From assembly GCA_013239625.1 (NCBI GenBank), contig MU053629.1, positions 4,181,567 to 4,245,566 on the forward strand: a stretch of DNA of 64,000 bases. Reading direction: 5' to 3'. This document shows, piece after piece, positions 35,701 through 48,700 of the stretch (its first letter is position 1; each line of letters starts with the position of its first letter). The notes under the pieces were generated by a model. That model saw nothing but the letters and a program-made list of their open reading frames with translations, was not told the origin of the DNA and ran no database searches. Source of the stretch: Lama guanicoe. Taxonomy: Eukaryota. The position numbers and the translations under genes are program-made.

Positions 35701-38700
35701 AGTGTCGTGATGGGGAAGACACTATCTTAGGAGTGTGGTGTGGGGAGGTGCTGGAGAAGGAGCTGCAGAGACAGGATGGAAGAGAAGGGCTGTGTTTCAG
35801 GAAGCACATGGCTTGGCAATCTGGGCTCTGGCCTTGTGAGGGTGACAGGAGGGATGTAGGGGAGAGAGAGGAACCCCACGGAGGGTAACTGCAAGTGAGG
35901 GTCAGAAAGATGGACCCCAGTGAGCGCCTCTCACCCCTGGGCCCCTGCCCTGTGCCAGGAGTCCGGGAGGCCGCCCTGGGCCCAGCCTTTCTCAGCCCTC
36001 CTTGCTGGCTGGGTGACCTTGGGCCAGTGGTTGGCCCTCTGGAATTTCAGTTTCCCTCTCTGGGAGAGGAAGGGGTCACAGCACCCTTCTTTATTAAGAT
36101 TAGATGAACTGACACCCCAAACTTCTTGCCAAGTGTACCTGGTACCAAGGAGGCCATCTCTCAATAATAGTTTTCATTTTCCCTTCCACTCACTTGTTTA
36201 AAAACAAAGCAAAACAAAACTCTTTTTCCTATGCTAACAAAAACTTTAGAAGACAGAGACAAGTTAATACGTTGTGTATATACTCTCAGGCCAAGAATTT
36301 CCTGAGTGTTTACATACCAGAGGACTTTGAACTTGGACTTTTTCAGCTGGCTCTGTGCTGATTCAGACACCCTCTCCATGCCGCCAGAAGCCATTCCTGC
36401 CTTGCTCTGTTGTTGTGGGGGTTTCATGTGTGTGTTTTCATTGTGTGATAAAAATTGGAAACAGGTAGATGGTAACTCGGACCTTCCACTGGGTATATCA
36501 AATGTTAATGTTTTTTCCATATTCACTTCAGATATCTGTAATGTCTTATTTCTTTACTACAAAATATCTAAGAAGACTGCTGAAGGCCCCCTGTTACCCC
36601 ATCCCTTTCCCGTTCTCCTCCCTCCCTTCCCACAGGTACTTACTCTCTTAAATTTGGTATGTGTCCTTCTCAGCCAGGATTTTGTAGCATGTTGTTTGTA
36701 AAGCCGAGTGACCCCACTGGAGTGGGTTTGAACCACCAAATGACCAGCGTTTGGGAGAAGAAGCCCGAATACCCGAGGCCAGAGCAGCAACTTCAGGGAG
36801 ACAGCAAATCCACCTCCTCCCCCAGATGATACTTACATGAAATCCCAACATTGTAAATCCATTGCCTTGGACTTAAAACTTGACCCTGCCCCCGTGTTTA
36901 ATTGCAAATAAATTCGAGCTTGTGCCATCTGGAGCTCCCAGGGTCATCTGGACCTTTTCTGTGAGTAAATACATTCTGGAGTCGGTTATTCTTAGAGCAG
37001 GTGTTTTGGCTTTTTTCTTAATCCTTCCTCCCCCTGCCCCCCCATCACAACTGTAATATATGCTTATTGGAGAGAATGCGGAACTTACAGAGAGGGAGAG
37101 ATGAAAATGGCCTCCTGGCCTCCTCCCTGACCTCCCCCACCTTCCCCACCAAAGTGTTTCCTTCTCCCCTGTAACTGCCCCACCCCCGGGGTGGAGAACG
37201 GGAGGTCGCTGGATCCTCCAAGGAGGGCCAGCACATGGTCTCAGGGCTTCCTAGCAGGCAGGCCCTAGGCCTGTCTGGTCCATCCTCCAATTTACAGTAG
37301 GGGTGTGTCCCCACGGTGAGGACCTGCCTATGGTCACGTCAGGGGTCTGGCTGGGACCAGAAGGCCATCTCCTGGTGGCTGAAGGTGTTTTTGCTACCAT
37401 GTCTGCTCTTCGCTCCGGAGTCCGATCCTCCATGATGCCTGGCCCTGCTCTCGGCGTGATGACAAGTGTCCAGCAGAGGGGACGGTCCCGACTCCCTCTT
37501 CAGGGAAACTGGGACGGAGCCCCAGACCAGGGGCTTTCCTGGGCTGGCCCTTTGCCCACCTTTCCTGAAAAAGTCTAGGACATTTTTTCATTTTGCCATT
37601 TTTAAACTGCGAGTCATCTTAATATCCTCAGCCGTTTTCTGTGTACTCCAGGTAAACTTTGTCTGACTTCATCTTTTTCGTTTTTTTTTGTAAACTGAAA
37701 CGACTTCCATCAGTGCCCGTTCTTTTCTGTGCGCGTTTTGTAACAAAACTTGCTTCTCTTCTGTTTGCTTGCTTGCTGTTGGTCCTGCTTTTAGCTTCTG
37801 CCATTTTGGAACCTTCTTTTTTGCCATTATTTCCACCAGAGCCAATTTTCCTGGGTAAAACTTTGCGGATCTGAGTTACTGGATTTTTGTCCATCAATTT
37901 TTAGTCAGTGACTTTGACTGCCTGCAGTTTTAGCGGCTTCCAGTTTTAGTTTGTGCTGAACTTTTTTTCTCGGGGGTCTGTTTTTTCCCCCAAGTTGATT
38001 TTGCAGTTTTCAGTGTTGCCAACTCACTTTTTATCTTCAAAGCCAGTGTTTAAGGTATGTGATTATAGCCATTAGTAGTGTTAGGGGGCATTGATTATTT
38101 CTTTCAAGTCTAATTTTTCTTGGTCATCGGATCAGAATGCCCACGGGCATCGGAATGACAGGTCAAATGGCTTCTTTCTTGAAGGATTGGAAACAGCTTG
38201 TAATTCGCCCTCTGGAGTTCTCCTTTCTGGGTGTTGCCCACGCCTTCCTCTTAGCCACAGAATCGGAGCTGCTCGGGGTCAGACCTTCCTGGGAGAGATG
38301 TTGTCCCTGTCATCAGCTCCCCTGCCTTCTGCCCTCCCAAGTTCATCAGCACCTGTTGCCTGTGCTCTGGGCGAACGTCAGAAGGGGCAGCTCCAGTCTA
38401 GGACACCAGGAGGCACAGTGGATGGGGGTCAGAGGCCCCACGCGTGGGCAAGGCCCCTGGGAATGTCCCCTCTCCTCTATGGGCTAGTCTCCTTGTGGGT
38501 TCATGGAGTTGCTGGCCGGAGAGCTGCTCAGTCTTCCAGCCTGATCCTTCTCTGGGTGGGGATGTGGATGCCCAGGGTGTCAGGAAGCCACCGTTGCTGC
38601 AGGAAACCCCCTGAGTGGGTGAGGCAGAGGCATTGCTCACGGCCTTCTGCTCGGTTCCCATCCCTGGGCTCCGGCTCCCCCACATGACATCAGGGCTGGG

Positions 38701-40670
38701 CAGCCACTGCAGGGGAGGGTGGGTGCGGGGAGAGCCTGCTGGCGGGGCTTGCTATCCATTCTTTCCGATCAGCTCACGGCTGCTCTGAGTGGCTCCCCAG
38801 GACATTTGCCCCCCAGGGAACCCACCTCATCTGTCTGAGTAAACAGCCACCTCCCCTCGGAGGAAAAGCCCCCGCTCAGCTTCTCCCGGCGGCTGGAATG
38901 CTGCTCTGTGGGTCTGGGTATTTCTTGTCCCCCGTCCGGCCTGCCTGCCTTTGATTTCTTGCCGTCTCCTTCACTGAGGCCTGTGACTGTTCTCAGATGG
39001 CCATGTGTATACACAAGTCATGTCAAGCATCATAATTTGTGTTTGCCTGGATCAATAAAAGCAGCCCTGGCCAAAGGCCAGCTGAGAATTTATAAACAGC
39101 CTTCATCGCCTCCCCTCCCTCCAAGATGTTAAAACTCCGCCCCATTAACCCTCCAGACCCAAGCTGTTGGCTGACTTGATCAGGGAAGATGCGAAATAAC
39201 GCTCCTTTTGATGTGTTTTCTCTTTATCCGTCTTGTTAGGATTTGATCAATGTTTAAGCAACTGTAGCTGATTCCTCGCCCACTTCAAAGCGAAAGCCCT
39301 TCGCTGTGTCTGTTTACAGCATTACCTTTGAGGGATGGAAGTGTTGGGAGCCCATTTGGACACAGGCTGTGCCTTCTGTTAGCTCTCCGTTGCCCAATAA
39401 AATGGGCTTGGGCGCATCTGCGGCAGCCACCAAAAGGCACTTAAAACCAGATTTCAGCTGCGGCGATTCTTGGGCGATGTGCCCACTTTAGAAAAGAAGC
39501 AGGTTAGGGATTTAAGTTTGCGTGGACCTTCCGGAATTTTAGAAACCGATTTTCTCCTGTTTGCTCGCAGTAGGGGAAAACATAAGCCTCCGATGCCTTG
39601 GGCTATCCAGTTAGGTCAGGTTTTCGTATGAAATGTCAAGACAGCAGTGTTTGATTTCCGGCCTTGCCCTTTTCCCCTCTCCAAAACTGTGTGCTCTTGC
39701 CAGAATTTTTATTAGGGGGAGGGAGCTGTCTGCTCCCCTCCTCCCTCAGTGAAATCCCTCCCTCCCTGGCCTTTAACCCTTCAAAGATTGGGAAAAGCAT
39801 ACTTTGATTTTTAGGGTTGCATATAAAGGCTCCCCATTGGCCTAGGCTGGAATGGTGGTATGTTGGGAAATCCTTAAGAATGTTGCCACCCAGGTCCTGG
39901 GTCCCGGGGCTGGCTGAGTGGTACCGTTTTGTGTGACAGGCAGCTCACACTGCCTGCTTCCCTTCCTGTGGTTGTGTCTCTGCCAAGTGTCCCCTAAAGC
40001 GAGGGACTTCTGCTGGCTGTGCTAAAAGGACCCCCCACCATGTTGGATTACCTAGATTTTTTTTTTTTTTTAACTCTGACCCTAGTTCAAGCGCTTAAAG
40101 GCTTGGTAGGTCTGTCTGTCTGTAGGCCTGGGTAGAAGCCGTGCCCCTGGCCCTGTCAAGTTGATGTATTTCATCCCAGAGGGTAGAAGTTTCTGGAAGA
40201 GAATAAATACAGAGTGATGACTGGTCTCACCTTGAAAGCCACCACTGTGTCTTCTTCCCTAGGCCCCCCTGGGAGTCGAGGTGAAAGGTTGGGGAGCCTT
40301 AGTTCTCCCTTTAACTTTGGGCAAGAGAAACATGGAGGTGGGATTGGCAACGAGACTCCTTTCTCTGCCCGCTCTCCTTTCTCTTGGCCTCTGTCGACCC
40401 CAAGTGTAGGCCTGGCCATCCCTCCCCGGCCTCCCCTGGCGTCAGTGCTGTGGGCCCTCTGGGGCTGGCCACTGCCATGGACTTGAGAGAGCCACCGCGA
40501 GGCTCCAAGTCAGCTCTGCAGGGCGACTGAAGGCCTTCTCGGTGGAGTGAACCCCGCTTCGATGTCTTTGGGCTGGGAAGCTATACAGACAGCAAGTGGT
40601 CTTCCTTCGGAGGGCTTTGGATACAGCAACCTTGGGCTGAGCCAGGCAGGTCTAGGGCTGGCCGAGGCTC

Positions 40671-40797
40671 TGGGCGGCCATACAACTTGTTACTCAGTCC
40701 AGGACTCTGAGAATGAAAAGGGATGCTCTTAATAATGACACCCGGACAGTAAGTGTGAATTGGACTGTCCCAAACAAACAGACGCCTGGTTGCCCTA
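40671..40797. mobile_element. MER94 (hAT-Blackjack) MITE
   Basis: Imperfect TIRs tgggcggccatac / cctggttgcccta. Internal gagaatgaaaagggatgctcttaataat...ggactgtccc. Confidence 0.7.
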
Positions 40798-40859
40798 CAA
40801 AGGCCAGTCCCTGGTCCCTTGGGGCCTGATGTAAAGACAGAGCGAGACTTGAGAACGCC

Positions 40860-41068
40860 TTGCCCATCTAAAGGGACATTGGTGACTCAGCATGAGCCAA
40901 GTGTTGCCAGATCTTCTGATTTTTTTTTTTCAAGAGAAGCCAAAAATCTAGGTTTACATATGAAATCTCCCAGCTTTTAAAAGTTGGCAACTAATTTCAA
41001 AACTTAAAAAACACTGCGTAGGCCAAACACAACATCTGTGGGCCGCTGCCTGTTTTCGACCTCCGGCC
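40860..41068. mobile_element. MER103C-like DNA transposon
   Basis: gtgttgccagatcttctgattttt...caagagaagcc...tgaaatctccc...gttggcaactaatt...aggccaaac...catctgtgggccg. Confidence 0.8.
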
Positions 41069-43460
41069 CAGACCAGTTAACTGGTGGCTGTCTTCTGTGT
41101 CTCCAAATTCCGACAACGGGAAGTATCTCTTATGGAAGTTGCCCGCGTTGACCACGACTGAAGGGGGGAAGGGGAGAGAGGAGCTTGCTTTGACTTCAAT
41201 GGAGCATTTGTTTGCAAATAAAGATTTATTGAGCACCTGTTATGTTCAGAGCACTTTCTCTGTTATGCCGTGTTTATGTTACGCTCTGTTTAACATTTTG
41301 GGACAGCCGTGTCTTACTCATGCTGATAAATTCTTTATATCCTGGGCTGTTAAGGGGCCGTGCCTCTCCCGTGGGATTGTAACTGAGATGGATGCGGTGG
41401 GGGAAATCTCAAGAGGGGATTTGGGGAAGGAGAACCTGGGGTCTAGCTCTCAGGCCGTGAAAAGTTCACTGGATGTCAGCTTAACACAGAAGTCCCCAGG
41501 AGATGAGCCGCATCTGAGGAAAGATGTGGGAGTGAGGACGTGGAGCAGAGGGAGCCCAGCCAGGGACACTCGTTCTGCAGGGTTCCTGAAGGGCATACTA
41601 GGACCGGGAGGCAGACGCCACTGAGGACCAGACTGCATTCGGCCCTGGATTTGGCAGAACTCTCTAACAGAGCTCTGTGTTCTGAGGTTGTTGGGTGACA
41701 TGACCTCTAAGCTGGTCTTCCGTTATCCAGAAAATCTGGTACCTTGAGGCTGCCTCCTGTACACCCACTAGACTCCAGGGCCTTAAACTCCTTTTCTGGT
41801 TCATGGTTCTTATTTCTGATGGGCTTCAAGCAGGTACTGGCTTCTTTGTATCCTGGAATTGGGGTCAGGAGCCCGAGAAAAGCCAGTACAATTCTGCTGA
41901 AAACAGACACAGTTCACCTGGGGCTGAGGTGGGGTTGGAGGTCAGGGGATGGCTTCTCGTGTTCCAGTTTCCTGCACCATGAATTTTAAATTAGGGGTGA
42001 TAATGCCTACCCACAGAATGGTTTGCGGCAACTAAGGCACAGAGAGCTTAAGTAACTTGCTCCAGGCCACACAGCGGAGCAAGGAGGAACCAGGTCCTGG
42101 ACTAGGTAGTTGGCTTCCACTGCTCTCTGACCCGCTATGCTCCACTGCTCAATCTTTAATTTCCTTTTTGTGTGTGTGTGTGTTCATTCTTCCATGCATC
42201 TTTTTTTCCCCCTATTGTTTCAGGACTATCAGCATTCAAACGTTTAATAGCTAGGTTTTTTCCCCTGTGCACTTGGCCAGGAGTAGGAATTCATCACCAT
42301 CTGTGAACGTTTACTGAGCCTCCATGGTTTGCGTGGAATTATACTAGAAACACTCGACCCCGGGGCTGGGTTGGCAGTAAACTAGGTCTCTCTGCAGAAC
42401 TTTTGAGGACAGATCACCAACAGGTTGGAAAGAATTTCCTGCAGGAATGGCGACATTCTATTTTTCACCTTGTTAATGCTGCCCCCCACCTTTGCTTCCC
42501 CGTCGTGTCAATCTTAAGTGTGTTAAGTGCTTTTTCTGTTCAGTGTATCCTAGATAAGAGGTTTCCAAATGATGTGCCCTGATATGCAACCCTTCTAACC
42601 CCAAATCTCAGGCTTACTGACTGATAGAGTTCACATCTGGTTTGTTTCGGAATAGGAGGCTGGAATAGAGGAGTCTGGAGGCCTGAGTGACTGTGGAGGC
42701 TGCTGGCAGCTTAAGACACTTGAAAACCAGTGTGCTGAATTACAGCGAACTGTAGTGACCTCAACACTTAAAGCAGATTTAAAAAGAAAGGGGAAGGAGT
42801 TTACAAAATAGTCTGTGATGCTGGTGAAAGGGCCCCGGCGATCCATCAGGTTGGCCCACCACGTTGATCTGGAGCTCAGGGACCTGACCATGTGCTGGAG
42901 AGACACCGAGCAGTGTGCTCCTGGGTTTGGGTACCCTGTCATTTCCCCTGGCATGTCACTTCCCCTTTGCTCAGTGGACCATTCTTGGCCAGATTAGACC
43001 TCTGAGCAGAGCAGCCTGGTGTCTACATCCCAGTCACCGCTGCAAAAGGAGTGGGGTCTCTGTGTACAGTGTCGTCTTCAATGCCAACTTAAAATTAGGT
43101 GGCCTGCTCTGGGATGCTTTGGCCTTTTCACTGATGGAGAGTTGTTACCAGCAGTGTGAGCCCAAAGTGGTACTTTTCACCAGATCAAGTCATGGATCTG
43201 CTCACATTCTGGAGAATACCAAATAGCGAAGGCAGTAATGTAGCAGATGGGCCATAACTAGTTTTTTCAACAAACTCTGTCGTGTGTGTGTCACACCTTT
43301 GGAGAACGTCATAATGCATTCACTATGCATTCATGGCTCAGTATTGACCCTTTTCAGTTTGTCATGCGGTGAACAGAGGAGACATCTCTGACACAGTCTG
43401 TTGGAGCAGTATATGCCTGGGCCCTTTGCCAGCTTTCCTGTATTTTAAAATCAAGCTTCT

Positions 43461-43607
43461 CGAGAGAGAGAGAGGTATAGCTCAAGTGGTAGAGCACACC
43501 CTTAGCATGCACGAGGTCCTGGGTTCAATCCCCAGTACCTCCTCTAAAAATAAAAAATAAATAAATAAACCAAATTACCCTCCCTCAAAAATTAAAAGTA
43601 AATAAAT
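43461..43607 (+). mobile_element. Full-length Vic-1-like tRNA-derived SINE with 14-bp TSD
   Basis: GGTATAGCTCAAGTGGTAGAGCACACCCTTAGCATGCACGAGGTCCTGGGTTCAATCCCCAGTACCTCC plus an (AAAT)n tail. TSD aaaatcaagcttct (43447-43460) / aaaatcaaactttt (43608-43621). Confidence 0.9.
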
Positions 43608-43652
43608 AAAATCAAACTTTTGATCACTTTCCCATCAGAGAGTTTAGGAAGG

Positions 43653-44055
43653 TTTTTTTTTTTAATGTACATTGAGATATAATTGACATAATAAATGGCA
43701 CGTGTTAAAAGTGTACAGTTTGAGTTTGACGTGTGTACACATCCATGAAACTATTGCCACAGTCAAGATAACGAACACGTCCATCAGAATTTCCTTCTGC
43801 CCCTTTATGCCTTCGCCCTCCTGTTTGCCTGCTGCGCCTTAGTCCCCAGGAAACCCCTGATCTGCTTTCTGTCACTATACGTTAGTTTAAATTTCCTAAA
43901 ATTTTATACTGATAAAATTATACAGGATATATACTCTTTTTTGGGGAGTACTGTTTTTCACATTGCATAATTATTTTCAGATTCTCCTCTGTTTTTGCAT
44001 GTTGCAATCGTGAGTTCCTTTTTATGGCTGGGTAATATTTCATTGTATGGCTATA
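43653..44055 (-). mobile_element. L1M (L1MC-like) 3' fragment
   Basis: attgagatataattgacata...aaagtgtacagtttg...catgaaac...acagtcaagata...ctgatctgctttctgtcactata...cattgtatgg. Confidence 0.8.
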
Positions 44056-44429
44056 AACAGAGGAGTTTTGATCTTAATGTTTCAATAAGCAAAGAATTTT
44101 AGCTAAGAATGTCAGAAGTAAGCAATCCATGTGAAATATTATGTCCATGGGGAGTTTATACACTTGTGTTTTCCTTTTGTTTTATAAACTTCTTATGGAG
44201 GAGTATTTTTTTTTTTTTGAAAACATGCTTTGAAAGAGCAAGTATTTGTTTAGAACACATTTGGCCCTGAATTTTCACTTAATTAAATCAGTTAGATTTT
44301 TAGCCTTTACTTGCAAACTCAGAAGGACTTCAGGTCGCAGCCAGTGGTTGATTTGTTTGTGAGGGTTTAACAGCAGTTACTGGCACCACATCCTCCATGG
44401 GGTGGAACTGGGGTGATTTAAGAGGCAGA

Positions 44430-44770
44430 ACGGTGTGGTCTTGCCTCCCACAGTCTTTGCGGGGCCTGATGTGCTAGTTTTCGAAACTCTGGAACGTTGC
44501 AGCACGCGTGCCTTCCCTGCCCTCGGCTCCTCTGTGGCCGAGCACCGGGATGCAGTCTCCGAGCCGCAGGTTCTGCGGTTGCGCGGTTCCTGCTCAGCGC
44601 TTTGCGTGGTAGGAGGTGGCGTGCATGCGGCAGGAAATTAACCTTGTGGATTCCCTCATCCTTACAAAGCCACGCCCCCCGGGGGCGGGGCAGGGGTTGA
44701 CCTTGGGAGTTTAGTCCCCAGCCGCAGCCGGAAAGGAACTGTACTACCGAGGAGTGGGAAACGTGCTCCT
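44430..44770. promoter_or_regulatory. CpG-rich intronic regulatory island
   Basis: Local CpG density. XRE TTGCGTG 44602-44608, KLF GCCACGCCC 44669-44677, SP1 GGGGCGGGGC 44682-44691. Confidence 0.45.
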
Positions 44771-45554
44771 TTTTTTTCATTGTTCAGATACATTCTCCTG
44801 AAAAACCAGTTAGCCTCTGATTGACAGTTTGTCACAGATCGTCAGAGAAGGGGTCTCAAGCATACCTGGTCCCACCTGCCCATTTTACAGATGAGGACTG
44901 AGCCTCCCGCAGTGGGAGTAACTCACATAGTCACTCATAGCAGAACCAGGGCTTGGGAAACCCAGGCAACTGCTTTAGACCTTCACTTTCATGATCTGTG
45001 AGGAGGGGCTTTCCAAGAAAACTTGGCAAACCTTTGTAGGTTTAGGAAGGAAATTGTTAATCTCTAACCCTATGCTCAAAGCTGCTTGTACCATTAAAAA
45101 GAAAAAATACCATAAATTATCCTCAGATGAAATTTCTGTAATGTTCTCACATCCCATAGTCTCCCGACCTTGTCACCAGCTTGTTCCAGGAATAACTTAA
45201 TTTTCAGGGGTGGATGATCAGCAGCCTTGTTGGGCGGTATCTTCTGGCACAAGAATGAAAGGTGATTGGTGACACCTCATGTTTATGTAGCGCTTTTCAG
45301 GGTGTGGAGGACCTTCACCTGCAGTCTCTCACGAGGACCCCTTGACAGTCTTCCTGGACAGCCCCCTTTTTCCTGGTGAGAAAACCAGCCCTGGGAGGTG
45401 GGACACCTTGCCTAAGGTCACCTGGGTGGCAAAGAGAGGAGCCAGAGGAAGCTAGGTCCCAGTTCCCAGTGTCATCTTGTTCCCACCAGGTCTCCTTCAA
45501 GGCAAGTGGGTGTGCAGGGCACCAGCCTGACCGGCTCAGAAAACCCTGGACTTT

Positions 45555-45725
45555 TGTGTTTGGAGTTCAGAGATTAACCCTGCTCTCCTGCTCGCTGTGT
45601 GACCTTGTGGAAGAATCTTAACCTCTCTGAACTTTTGCTGTTTTCTTTTGATGGGGCTCTGTCCAGTAGGATTAAAGTATATAAAGAGAAAGTGCTTAGC
45701 AAAGAACTTGCTTATAGGAAGCAAC
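45555..45725 (+). mobile_element. MIR SINE
   Basis: ctgtgtgaccttgtggaagaatcttaacctctctgaac...aggattaaa...aaagtgcttagc. Confidence 0.7.
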
Positions 45726-48700
45726 TGATCCCTGGAGGTGGCCGTGCTGTGGCCCCTGGGCTGAGTGGGAGTCAGTACAGACGGGGGTGGGGGGCAGGGG
45801 TGGGCGTTTCCCTCAGACACTTAGATGCAGTCTCAGGTCATGCCCCGCCACTGTCCCCTGTGTTGTGTGTGTGTTTATGAACACCTGTGTAAGCAACTGA
45901 TGCCCTGAGCTGGTGAGTGGCTTGGGGGCTGGAGAGGGAGAGAAGACCAGGGGCCTCCTGGTGTCAGGTTCAGGCTTTTTAAGGGGGCGTGGAGATGAAA
46001 TGGGGTCAGTTTGTGGAGAAATGGTGCCCCTTCTGCATCTTTCCTTCCATCTGATGCAGGGAGCAGAGAGCAACCCAGATACCTGGAGAAGCAAGTGGCC
46101 GGGGTGACTCAGGAAAGTTGATCTGGCCCCGGGCGCAGGAAGCCAGACAGAACTGCAGGGCAACTATTGTGGGGCAAGACCGAGAACATCCGGGAAGCCT
46201 CCCCCCACCCCCGCCAGGCCCCCCAGGTGGCCCCAGCCTCCTGGGGCCCCTCCCGCCGCCCTGCTCCTTCCAAGGAGCCTGTTTGAGAATCCAGTGATTC
46301 ACTTCCCGTCTTCAGCCCTTGTTTAATGTTCCCTCCATTGTTACCAAACAGTCCAGGCCCCAGTGGCAGGGGGTGTTGTGCGCTCTGGCCGAGGAGGAAG
46401 GAGAGAGCAGAGCTGTTTACAGAGCCCGGGAGGTGGGCCTGGCCTCCTTGAAAGACAGGAACGGTGCTGGGGCCTGACTGCTGCCTGTGCGGAGGGTGGA
46501 AAGCGCCAGAAGACAGTCCACCTTCACAGAGACTCTCTGGTCTTCCTGCTCCGGAGGGGAGCCCTGCCCTCTGTTTTGGGGTTAGCATCTCGTTACCGAC
46601 AAGCTTTCCACTTTGGGCCACAGGTAGTTTGGGGATCGTGGATTCCTGGAGTAACAAAAAAAAGCACAGGGATGCTTGGGGAGATGCTGTCTCTGCTTGG
46701 CCTCGGTTTCCTCCTGTCTGGGGAGAACAAGGGGGTGATGGTGAGATGGCTGATCTTTGGAGCCTCACCCCAACCCCCAGCTCCGAAGTCCTCTGGCCTG
46801 AAACAAACCACACGAGGTCTTCTGAGTTCCCTGGGCCAATCCTGCTGAAGCTAGCCGTGGAGGGGAGGATCTCTGTGAGCCATCACACCCGCTTCCTGAC
46901 CTCTGACCTTTGAGGGCAGAAATTCTGCAGCCTCCCTCACCTTGCTGATATGAAGCCACCTTCTCTCTCAGGAAGTTGTTTGATGCCAGCTGAATTCTGT
47001 CCTATCACATCACGGCTGTGACTGCCTCTCTTCTGCTGAGACCACTATTAGGTTTAGGCTTCTGGGGCTTTGTCTGCGTCTAACCTGCAGAAAGAGTGAA
47101 AGTCTTGAAGTTTTCTCTCTTACCCTTTCTGTGTGTTGTTTCATTTACAAGTTGCTCATCCCCCTTCCTGATCAGGTATTTGCTCTCGTGCTATTGATGA
47201 TTCTGGTTTATTTCCTCCAAGGCCCTCCGTGCCTCAAGGCAGTAAAGGAACCGGAAGGTGTAAACTCAGCCACTTTTAAGCTCCTTCTCACGGCAAGTTA
47301 GTGTATTTCTCAGGCATGTGGAATGTCAGCTCTAGAAGGCGAGATCGGTTGAGCCCATCCTTTCACAGAGGGGATGACCCGTACCGGCAGACCCCTCACC
47401 TTTCGGCAGCACAGCCAGCATGAGGACCACAAACACTCCCATCCACTCCCCAGCATGGCCCCAGATGTCTGCGTGCTTTCTCTTCTGGTAAATCCAACGC
47501 TGATAAAAATCTCCATTCAACAAATGTTTGCTGAGCAGATTTATCGGAAAGCCTTCCATCCACCGTCTGCCTACAACCTTAGCCACAGATGACTTTGTCT
47601 CTGGCGTGACAAGTGAAGTGGGAGAACTTCCTCATTCAGAAGCCTTTTTGCTCCCTGCACGTCCCCACCGGCTGCTTTAGCATAACTAACTGGCACCTGT
47701 GGTTGTCATTCTCCTGCTGTTTTTAATTGCACCTCAATTCCAGCTGATTGCTTCGAGAACATTTCTGGTATTGGGTTTCTGGCAGTAATGTGCATCTGTG
47801 GGTCCCTTTACTACAAGGCTTCGTGTCTTGATTGGGTTCGGAAGGCTGGGGTGCAGCCTGAGGTTTTTTATTTGTTGCCCACATCTTCTGACTGTTGATG
47901 CACAGAGGAATAATTGCATTATCATGACCTGCTTGTGAACAAATGGCATGTTGCAGTATACCTCATGCTCCCTCCAGGGTACAGAGGAAGTTAAGCTGGG
48001 TCTTCTTGCCCTCAAGGAGCACCTGTCTTAGTTGGAAAGAGAAGCCAGAAACACCTGGAAGCTACTTGATCACACCCGGCCTTCGGTGCTGAGTGGGGAT
48101 GAGTTTGGCGACTGTTGGACAGGAGGGACTTGAAGACTTTGAGGAGGGGAGGATGGAGAGAGGTCTTTCTGCACAAGGAGCCATATAACGGGATGATTTT
48201 GGTGCTACAGGCATCATTGGGCATGTCATAGGTCTCAAGAGAGCCTCGGGACCCCCATACCATCTCAGCATGCCGCCGCTGGCCAGAGGTCTCTGGCTTG
48301 GAGATGCAGAAGCCCCATGCTCCAGTGCTGTGGCTGCAGCATGTTACCTCTGCTGCTTGAGCCAGTTAAGCGTCTTGAATTCCCATACCTGTCAAACAGG
48401 CCTGTGTGCTATTTGGGAAGTGGGGGTCTGATGAGGCGGCGGGTGGGCGGCTCTTCTGTGGGTACGTGGCTGAGACTGGGTGCCCGGGGGGTGGGAAAGA
48501 GTTGCAAGTGTCTGGAGCCCAGGAGAGGGGGCTTCACCGGGAAGCCTTCCCCTGCTCCTGAGCGGAGCTGCTCTGGGAGGCAGCTTTGCGCCCAGAGCCA
48601 TTTAGCGGATGCGGCCAGCTTAAGCAGCAGGCTCTCGGCACCCTGGCGTCGTAAGTACCGCCTGAGGTCCTCCCTCCTTGCTTATTTGGAATCCCTGTCT

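Noticed and set aside
35690..35760. Possible orthologue of the human alternative coding first exon (recalled to end ...WWMGR)
   Set aside because: Only a weak resemblance (gtgtggtgtggggag|gt), with no matching ORF or strong donor; cannot be supported without an alignment.
40110..40121. (GTCT)3 and similar AGAC/GTCT runs (13717, 29030, 56521, 59719) as autoregulatory Smad-binding elements
   Set aside because: 4-bp motifs and short tetranucleotide runs are expected by chance in 64 kb; no supporting context.
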